A stretch of DNA of 64,000 nucleotides from a virus, in IMG/VR virus record IMGVR_UViG_3300028829_005098, positions 1-64,000 of that record. One strand, given 5' to 3'. Below the pieces are notes generated by a model that saw only the letters and a list, made by a program, of their open reading frames with translations, did no database searches and was not told the origin of the DNA. Positions 9,351 through 16,955 of the stretch are shown here, one piece after another (position 1 is the stretch's first letter; the number at the start of each line of letters is the position of its first letter). The translations under genes and the position numbers were made by a program.

Positions 9351-11453
9351 TTAATCTTCGTCTTCGTCTGCATCACCTCTTGCAAAAATACTACCTACAT
9401 ATGTAAGAACATCAGAAGCACTATCTGCATCGTATCCGAATGATGTAATAAGACGTTGCTTGAGTGCGTCAATCTTTTCAAGAAGTTCTTTGTCAACTAC
9501 GGTTGCAGTATCTTGTGCAAGAGCAGATAACTTAATGCTATCTTTAGTATCTTCAAACAATTTCTTTTCAAGTGCTTTGTAAAGTTGCTCGTTTGAGTCA
9601 TACTTAAATTCTTTGCCCTTAGCGGCAAGACCACCCATATAGTTCATAATTTCTCTACGGAAATCATCTTTCATACCATTAGAAATACCAATTTTTTCTT
9701 CGATGCTACGCATAAGTTGCTCGTTTGCAGTTTCTTCTTTTCCAGTTACAGGATTTGTAACTTTTTCATCTTGAATATAAGCAACGATATTATCAATGTA
9801 GTTTGTGCAAAGTGCTTTAATTGCTTCTTCACTACTGCTGAGTGCTTGTTGTACTTCACGTTTCACGATTCTGTCATATTCTTTTTCTACAAGTTCAAGA
9901 CGTTCAAACATAATCTTTTTGTTGTCTTCACTTTGAAATCCACTATAACTTTTAAGTCCTTCACGAATTTGTGCGAATAACATAAATGGATTTAAACTCT
10001 TTGCACCCATTCTTGGATTTACAATCGCATTAGAGAATTGATTCTGAATAAAACGAGCAGATACTCCACCGTATAATCCTTCTTTTGGAGATTCTTCTTG
10101 CATTTCCTTTACGTGTTCATCTGTGAAACCATGTACACTTTGTCCGTTGTAAAGTTTTGCTTTTTGAATGATGCTCATATCTTGCTTTGAACTTTCTTCT
10201 AAACGACTTACAACCGCAAACAACGCAGCTAAAAATGTTGTATGTGGTGCAATATGCTTATTTACAGTGCTTTTATTATAGAAGTGATCATAAATTTTCT
10301 TTTCTTCCGAAATCTTCAAAAGATACGGAATATCAATTTTAATAGTTCTATCACGAAGTGCTTCCATGAATTTATTGTTGGTTAACTTTTCAAACTCAGC
10401 ATTATTCGTATGACCAAGAATAACTTCATCAATAGGTACTTGGTTGAAACGACGTGGTTTAACACGATGTTCTTGGGTTGCACCAAGTAAATCATACAAG
10501 AATTCAGTTTGAAGTTTAAGAATTTCTTGAAACTCAATCAAACCACGATTAGATACCAAGAACTCTCCATCAAAATCAAATGCACGGGGATCACTTTCAC
10601 TTCCATATTCAGCAAGTTTTCTGTAATTAATGTCACCTGTAAGTTCTGTTGCATCTTGTGACTTTTCGTCTTTTGGTTGAAATGTTCCGATTCCGACACG
10701 ATTCTTCTCGGACAAAACAACACGTCTAACCACTACATGATCAAGAACTTTACGATAATCACCACCGTGCATTTCCATAAGTTGATTATAGTAAAACTCG
10801 TTTACAGGATTCAAAGAACCATCAAGTTTTAATTTATATTCATCTGCGGAAATTGTTTTATTTAAATTATTAATGATCTGAGAACGCACATCGTCAGGAA
10901 GAAGTTTGAGTGGTTCTTCGTTCATTGGACATGGAACTAATACATCATCACCATTTTTATCGGTTACTTTCCAACTAAATGAATATAAAGCACCTTCTTC
11001 AGTTTGAGTGTATTGTTCTAGTCCTTTCTTAAGAGCAGTAACAATAGTTGACTTACTACTTCCAACAGGACCATGTAAAAGAATAACACGACGTTCAGGA
11101 CCATAGTGACGACTTGCACTTTTAAGAATGTCCATAAATTCCATTAAATTCTCTTCAAGTCCATAAATAGATATGTCACCAAGGTTTTGGAAAAATTTAT
11201 ACTTAACATATTGTCTCTTGCAATACTTGAACTCGTCTGTTCCATGAGACATTACCATGTCGTATAATCTTTGGTAAGAATTTCTTGCTATCTTTGGATT
11301 GCTTTCCAATAGAGCAATGTAATCCCAGAAACTTCCTGACCAATTCAGTGACTTATATGTATCAATGGATTTGTTGTTTTCAGATTTGATTAAAGACTTT
11401 AGGTCACTTACAACCTTTTTTTCTTTTTTTTCGTGTCGTTTTTTATTTTCCAT
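9351..11453 (-). CDS. prkA: PrkA/YeaG AAA+ ATPase (annotated serine protein kinase); start re-called at ATG 11453
   Basis: RNSYQRLYDM, LHGPVGSSKS Walker A, CPMNEEPL, GIGTFQPKDEKSQDATELTG, SDPRAFDFDGE, NRGLIEF, EALRDR. Confidence 0.95.
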   Translation of the reverse strand: MENKKRHEKKEKKVVSDLKSLIKSENNKSIDTYKSLNWSGSFWDYIALLESNPKIARNSYQRLYDMVMSHGTDEFKYCKRQYVKYKFFQNLGDISIYGLEENLMEFMDILKSASRHYGPERRVILLHGPVGSSKSTIVTALKKGLEQYTQTEEGALYSFSWKVTDKNGDDVLVPCPMNEEPLKLLPDDVRSQIINNLNKTISADEYKLKLDGSLNPVNEFYYNQLMEMHGGDYRKVLDHVVVRRVVLSEKNRVGIGTFQPKDEKSQDATELTGDINYRKLAEYGSESDPRAFDFDGEFLVSNRGLIEFQEILKLQTEFLYDLLGATQEHRVKPRRFNQVPIDEVILGHTNNAEFEKLTNNKFMEALRDRTIKIDIPYLLKISEEKKIYDHFYNKSTVNKHIAPHTTFLAALFAVVSRLEESSKQDMSIIQKAKLYNGQSVHGFTDEHVKEMQEESPKEGLYGGVSARFIQNQFSNAIVNPRMGAKSLNPFMLFAQIREGLKSYSGFQSEDNKKIMFERLELVEKEYDRIVKREVQQALSSSEEAIKALCTNYIDNIVAYIQDEKVTNPVTGKEETANEQLMRSIEEKIGISNGMKDDFRREIMNYMGGLAAKGKEFKYDSNEQLYKALEKKLFEDTKDSIKLSALAQDTATVVDKELLEKIDALKQRLITSFGYDADSASDVLTYVGSIFARGDADEDED

Positions 11454-11460
11454 AACCATT

Positions 11461-11489
11461 ACCTTATATTTGTTTTGTTGATTCGTCAA
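11461..11489 (-). promoter_or_regulatory. Sigma70-like promoter for prkA-yeaH-spoVR-MTase
   Basis: TTGACG-17 nt-TAAGGT, -10 ends 7 nt before ATG 11453. Confidence 0.6.
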
Positions 11490-11497
11490 ATAATAAA

Positions 11498-11902
11498 TCA
11501 AATTTTTATTATTTTAAATAATTTTGTGGGTACTATCTTCAAAGCATCACTTGTTGTAGTGTCAGTTAAAAGAATTGAATTTGTATAATCATTCCAATTA
11601 ACCATGTAATTTTGATCAAGTATTCCGTTGTTTAGTGTTTTAATTAGTGCGTTCAATGAATTTATAGTATAGATTGTATTAGAATCTTTTTTTCTGTGAA
11701 CACTTATTGTGTTGGGAAAAAAAGAACTAGTATTTAATGTACTAGAATCTATGTTGTATGTCAATAGCAATTCGTTAACATTGTCTTTGTTTTGCAAAAC
11801 ATACACTTTGTTGAATAATATCTTATAAAAATTTTTGATATTCTCTATTGTATTAGAATATTCAGATATTTTTGAAAATGTACAAAGTAGTTGAGTTCTC
11901 AT
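11498..11902 (-). CDS. Hypothetical phage protein (134 aa; start re-called at MRTQLLCTF)
   Basis: AAGGTTA RBS-like element and ATATTTAT motif (11927-11934) precede ATG 11902; HRKKDSNTIYTINSLN core. Confidence 0.65.
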   Translation of the reverse strand: MRTQLLCTFSKISEYSNTIENIKNFYKILFNKVYVLQNKDNVNELLLTYNIDSSTLNTSSFFPNTISVHRKKDSNTIYTINSLNALIKTLNNGILDQNYMVNWNDYTNSILLTDTTTSDALKIVPTKLFKIIKI

Positions 11903-11946
11903 AATCAGTATAACCTTTAGGTAATAATAAATATGAATATATTTTC

Positions 11947-13248
11947 TCAAACCTTTAGTTCTTTTAGATTGCCATATGAATTACCAACATAAACTCGTAG
12001 TGGAAATTTATTATTGTCAGTAAGTTCTTTGATTATATCTTTAATTAAATAAAACTCATCTTTATGCATATCCAGCATAAAAGCATCATAATGATACAGA
12101 AACAATTTACTTCTGTGAGTTTCTAATCGTGAATTCAATTTTAATATCATATCACAATTTTGTTCCGTCTCTGCTGATTGAATTAAATAGTTAAATAACT
12201 TATATGGATTGAGTTGAGTAAAATACTCTTTACTTATTTTTCTACTATATTTCCAAGTAGTAACATAACCCTTGTTATTAAATTCACTCCACACAGAATC
12301 AACATAATCTGCCACACACTTCATGAATGGAATGTGTTTTTTAATATCTTCTGATATACCTCCATATATTAAATTAAATGTTACTTTTTTTGATAACTCA
12401 TATTCTTTTTCATTCAAATGCTCTTTATCGTGATAAAACTTTCCAAGATATTCGTGCAAAGAATATGAAGGTAATTCAAAATTTAAATAGTCACCGACTA
12501 ATCTTAAATGATAACTCTCATAATCAATCATTACAATACCACCCTCGTTTCCAAATCTACTTACAAATGAATCTCGTTCATTTTTCTTTTTATTAAGAGC
12601 CGCAAAGTTAATTTTAGCAAATCTATTACTTGGACGAGTTGTTGGTGTATAATAATTATATTGACTATACACATAATTGCTATCGTCTATTAATGATAAG
12701 TCACCTAGATTAAATGTATCTCGGTTTACATAAACTCCATTCGTTTCTATATCATAAAAACATTTACATAAATTATTTGATAATCTTGTATTATTATCAT
12801 CTTCAGTTCCGATATAAGAATTTAAAAGTTTCAAGGTATCGTCGAAACTTTTTTTTAGTATCATAATAGGTACAGATTTTATGTCGGAAAACCTTGGATA
12901 TTTATATGTTATTTGTTCAAGAGTAGTAACATAAACATCATACGATAAATCAATAAAATTATCTACATTTAAAAAATGATTTGCTTCTTTTTTATTTAAA
13001 ATATATTTTTTACATCTTGTATCAATTAACTTAGTTAAACATCTATTATCGAGTAATACTACATCAGGGTGACCAAATGATAATACATAATTTTCATTTG
13101 TTTCTCTGTGATGCACAAACAAAGCAATCAGTTCTGCTTTACTCGGATGTATTCGTTCATCATATATCAACTGAAAAAAACTATGTCCTGAATTAAGTTT
13201 ATTCAGCAACGAAACAAACTCATCATAAGTTTCTACAAAATTTAACAT
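11947..13248 (-). CDS. Miniature family-A DNA polymerase (degenerate 3'-5' exonuclease region, reduced thumb)
   Basis: YNYYTPTTRPSN (TGRLS-like), motif A IDYESYHLRL, motif B SKKVTFNLIYG, NYLIQSAE, motif C LYHYDAF. Confidence 0.8.
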   Translation of the reverse strand: MLNFVETYDEFVSLLNKLNSGHSFFQLIYDERIHPSKAELIALFVHHRETNENYVLSFGHPDVVLLDNRCLTKLIDTRCKKYILNKKEANHFLNVDNFIDLSYDVYVTTLEQITYKYPRFSDIKSVPIMILKKSFDDTLKLLNSYIGTEDDNNTRLSNNLCKCFYDIETNGVYVNRDTFNLGDLSLIDDSNYVYSQYNYYTPTTRPSNRFAKINFAALNKKKNERDSFVSRFGNEGGIVMIDYESYHLRLVGDYLNFELPSYSLHEYLGKFYHDKEHLNEKEYELSKKVTFNLIYGGISEDIKKHIPFMKCVADYVDSVWSEFNNKGYVTTWKYSRKISKEYFTQLNPYKLFNYLIQSAETEQNCDMILKLNSRLETHRSKLFLYHYDAFMLDMHKDEFYLIKDIIKELTDNNKFPLRVYVGNSYGNLKELKV

Positions 13249-13254
13249 CTAGGT

Positions 13255-13283
13255 ATATTACACCCAAAAATATAATAAGTCAA
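13255..13283 (-). promoter_or_regulatory. Sigma70-like promoter for the mini-PolA
   Basis: TTGACT-17 nt-TAATAT, 6 nt before ATG. Confidence 0.65.
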
Positions 13284-13290
13284 ATAGTTT

Positions 13291-13722
13291 TTATAAGACT
13301 TCTGCTGAATAGAACTCCGTTAGACTTCTTATTTTGAAACCTATATCAGGAATTATTTTTCTAATTGACTTAAATACTCGTTCGTTATTTTCAATTACAC
13401 CGATTTTTATTTTAACTCCGTTCTCGTCATAGGTATCTCGTAGAGGTCCTGCTATTTTCCATTTAATTTCTTGAACCTCGTAAAAAGGATTTTTCAATAA
13501 ACGATTATATTGTTCTCTATCTATTTCAAATACCGTGGATTTTGGATCACTTGATTTAACTGCAAAATATCTATACATAAACTCCACCTCATAATCTTCA
13601 TCTTCGGGTTCTGGTTTTATATCAATCGGTGATTCTTTAATAGACGATGTTTTTAATCGTCCATTATCAGTAAGCAATCTTTGATAAAGTATTTTACTTT
13701 CTATGTTATCTTGAATTTCCAT
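13291..13722 (-). CDS. Hypothetical protein, last gene of the baseplate cluster
   Basis: 143-aa ORF whose start overlaps the stop of the 975-aa gene. Confidence 0.55.
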   Translation of the reverse strand: MEIQDNIESKILYQRLLTDNGRLKTSSIKESPIDIKPEPEDEDYEVEFMYRYFAVKSSDPKSTVFEIDREQYNRLLKNPFYEVQEIKWKIAGPLRDTYDENGVKIKIGVIENNERVFKSIRKIIPDIGFKIRSLTEFYSAEVL

Positions 13723-16649
13723 TATGATGTTTTGGTACTTGGTATATATTCACCCGAAATATCTGTTAACCAATTATTATCCGATATTGTGTGTTTTACC
13801 GATTGTATTCTCCAATGTCCATTTATGAAATAATGTGTAGGAACTCCTGTACACGTAAATACATCTAGCAACCTTAGTCCTTCAATACCATCTAGTGTTA
13901 GTGAAATTTGACAACCATCAAGAGGCATATTATTTTTAACGCAATTTAATTTATTGTTATCAAACTTCATTGACTTAACCATTCGGTTTTTGTTAGGATC
14001 TACCATTTCAACATCACTTCCACCCCCATCAACAATAAATTTTTCTTCTGATTCTATATCTTCCTCTTCGTCTTCTTTTTTTCCATCGTTTCCACTAACT
14101 GCATCCTCCACAACCGGACGACTACACGCCTTTAATAATCTATCGTTACGACCACGTGCATAGAAAGTTGCTTGTGGATTGTTATCAAGGTCATCTTCAC
14201 TTTCATCTTGCCCTTCACCACGGGATGCTTGAAATAAAACCTGACCTGCAACTTCCTGTGGAACTGCAACGTCTAAACTAAGATTTTTAACGATACTATT
14301 TTTTGTATGTGATTTAAATCTAAATAATTGGTCTTCTTTTTGTATATCATATGCAGTTACTAATCCAGGATATCTTCTATCTATTAAATGAACACGATAA
14401 CTACAAGGTGCTCCTGTGTCTGCTTGTACTAAATCAAAATCCCAAATACCACCAGCTGCATCCGACACTTTTTTCATAATTTCTTTTATTATTTGTTTTA
14501 TATCAGAACCGTTTTCCACCGCATCTCTAATTACATTATAGTTTACAAATAAATCTTGTATTCTTCCACTATATCCCTGTGTGGGTTTATCGTTTATTTT
14601 CTTGAAATCTGGAAATGAATTTACGGCATCTTTAAATCCATTTTTTTCTGCTCTTTGTGATAAAATATCGTATAAGTCATCACGTGGAGAACTTTGCAAT
14701 GCTTGGTCTAATCCTGCCAACTTAGAACCTTTTCCTTTTTCGGCATTAATGATTTTTACAACAGACTCTGAATCCATGCTATTTGATAGCATGGATTTAA
14801 TTTCAGATAATGCTTTACTTGCTACACTACCACTTGCTTTACCGTTTCTTCTTGGTGACATTCTGTTCGGTATTAACAAAACTTTACCATCGGTGGATTT
14901 TATATTTGGGTGAGCAACACATCGTGAATTTGCTACACAAAACTTATATACTGGTATATTTGTTTCCTCTGAGGTCTTTGCGAAAAAGAAATTCACAATA
15001 TCAATAAAAAATCCAACTGTAATATAAACATCTTCGTGATCGGAGTGATAAGTTTCTTTTCCACTAATTGCTTGGTCAAACTGATAAAATCTGCCTCTTG
15101 CAAAAGATCCTGCGGAAATTTTTGTTGCATTTGCTCTGTTGTCGGTGAATAGATCGGTTATTTTATCCAAGAAGTCATTTGGATCATCTCCCTCTAATAT
15201 TTCATCTAACTTTGTGGATATAAATAATTTAAAATCTTTTTGTCTATCATCAGGTTTTGCAGGTGCGTCTTTTTTAACTTTTGTCGATTCGTTGTTTAAT
15301 CCTGTGGCCATTTGTGAAAATGTTGTAACTTTAATTTCACAATCGTATCCTCCGTCATCCCGAATACTATAACTATAATTTGAAACAGTCCCAGCCGCAA
15401 ACGAATAATTTCCTTTTCCTCTTTTAAGATGCTTTGATGCATAAACAGGATCCGTGAAAAGTCCTGCTAATCCTGTTCCACTTTCTGTACGATAATCGTT
15501 GGTTTCATCTATATCATCTCCACTTATAGGTCCTTTATCTTCATCTGCTTTTCTTAAATTGTTAATTGTTGCGGTGGAATTTTTTGCTTTTTTTCCTTTT
15601 ACTTCTCGCATAGGTTTTCCCATATCAGTTGGGTCTACGAGAACTCCTTCTCTTGGATACGTATTCCAACCCCACTCGACCAAACAAGTAGAACCAAGTT
15701 TAAAGAAATAATCATCGAGATAATCAAGTTGATTACGACTATGCACAAGAAATTTTATAGTTGTTTCACGAAAGTTTGCACCAGGTTGTTTGTCTTCTGA
15801 TGTAATTTCTGTGACACCAGGTGATGGTTTGTGTTTAAAATCTTCCTCTTTGATTGTGTGTCTTACTTCACCCGCACCCTTTTCACCACTATCCCACCCT
15901 TTACCAAGATAAGTTTCACCGTCTCCTTGTCCAGTTTTTGGATTGAATCCATATATCTCGTGAAAATCATTGAATCCTTGAAGTTCAAATCCATATATTT
16001 CTTTGTCAGTGTCAGGATGTTTTCCAATTGAATTGGATATAACACGCATCCATGCAGTTTTCGGACCACGATAAATAGTATCGTTATACGAAGCATCAAA
16101 TGTTGAACTATTTTGCATTACTTGATAAGCATCATCGGCAAATTCACCTGCTTGTGTATAATACATTCCAAAGTTTTGTTCTCTCCGTGTAAATTCATTT
16201 CTTACCCAAGCACGAATGTGAGTTGTACCAAATACACTCGACTCACCAACTGTACTTGCTTCATCCATAAATGTTCCCTTGGGTGGAGGTTCTGGTTCTT
16301 TAGAAAGCAAGTTTGCAGTAGCCGACTTTTTATTTTCAAATAGTTTTCTTGGTGTTCCTTTTGCACTTTCTTTTTTAGCAAACGGATTTTCTATTTTACC
16401 TGCTCCTCCGTCACCACCACCTAATAAACCATTAAGTGCTCCACCAAGACCACCACTTGAATCTCCACCCAGACCCAACTTGCTTCCAAGTTTATTTGCA
16501 ACAGCTCCAGCACCACCTCCTGATTTTCCTCCTAATAAATTATTAACTCCATTTTTGATAGAAGAACCGGCATCACCTTGTCCAGGATTATTCTTCTTCA
16601 GAGCATCCATTGCGGTGTCTTTTAATTGCCCTAATTTCTTGTCAAACAT
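13722..16649 (-). CDS. Putative baseplate hub protein (gp27/gp44-like) with Gly-rich N-terminus
   Basis: Follows LysM gene; LVEWGWN, YDCEIKV, C-terminal SLTLDGIEGLR..D.F...WRIQSVKHTISDNNWLTDISG typical of hub proteins. Confidence 0.55.
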   Translation of the reverse strand: MFDKKLGQLKDTAMDALKKNNPGQGDAGSSIKNGVNNLLGGKSGGGAGAVANKLGSKLGLGGDSSGGLGGALNGLLGGGDGGAGKIENPFAKKESAKGTPRKLFENKKSATANLLSKEPEPPPKGTFMDEASTVGESSVFGTTHIRAWVRNEFTRREQNFGMYYTQAGEFADDAYQVMQNSSTFDASYNDTIYRGPKTAWMRVISNSIGKHPDTDKEIYGFELQGFNDFHEIYGFNPKTGQGDGETYLGKGWDSGEKGAGEVRHTIKEEDFKHKPSPGVTEITSEDKQPGANFRETTIKFLVHSRNQLDYLDDYFFKLGSTCLVEWGWNTYPREGVLVDPTDMGKPMREVKGKKAKNSTATINNLRKADEDKGPISGDDIDETNDYRTESGTGLAGLFTDPVYASKHLKRGKGNYSFAAGTVSNYSYSIRDDGGYDCEIKVTTFSQMATGLNNESTKVKKDAPAKPDDRQKDFKLFISTKLDEILEGDDPNDFLDKITDLFTDNRANATKISAGSFARGRFYQFDQAISGKETYHSDHEDVYITVGFFIDIVNFFFAKTSEETNIPVYKFCVANSRCVAHPNIKSTDGKVLLIPNRMSPRRNGKASGSVASKALSEIKSMLSNSMDSESVVKIINAEKGKGSKLAGLDQALQSSPRDDLYDILSQRAEKNGFKDAVNSFPDFKKINDKPTQGYSGRIQDLFVNYNVIRDAVENGSDIKQIIKEIMKKVSDAAGGIWDFDLVQADTGAPCSYRVHLIDRRYPGLVTAYDIQKEDQLFRFKSHTKNSIVKNLSLDVAVPQEVAGQVLFQASRGEGQDESEDDLDNNPQATFYARGRNDRLLKACSRPVVEDAVSGNDGKKEDEEEDIESEEKFIVDGGGSDVEMVDPNKNRMVKSMKFDNNKLNCVKNNMPLDGCQISLTLDGIEGLRLLDVFTCTGVPTHYFINGHWRIQSVKHTISDNNWLTDISGEYIPSTKTS

Positions 16650-16658
16650 ATATCCACC

Positions 16659-16955
16659 TTATCCGTTTGAATTAACTTTAGAATGATCCGCAATTATTTC
16701 TTGAATATTGCGAGGTACTCTAAGTTGTGTTCCTGGTTCTACGTACATTGTTCCTCCGATTGAGTTGGCATTGGCAATTACCCACCAATAATTTGGATTA
16801 TCATAGAATTTATATGCAAGATGGTCAAGTCTTGTTCTTTCAACCATCATTATATAAACATCACTGCTTCTTTTTTTTATTCTACCCAATAAGGTCGTTT
16901 GGGTAATTTGCTTACCACCATCGTCTTCTTTTTTTGTTGTGAATGTGTATCTCAT
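16659..16955 (-). CDS. LysM-like baseplate protein (gp53/tail X-like)
   Basis: RLDHLAYKFYDNPNYWWVIANAN ... PGTQLRVP. Confidence 0.8.
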   Translation of the reverse strand: MRYTFTTKKEDDGGKQITQTTLLGRIKKRSSDVYIMMVERTRLDHLAYKFYDNPNYWWVIANANSIGGTMYVEPGTQLRVPRNIQEIIADHSKVNSNG

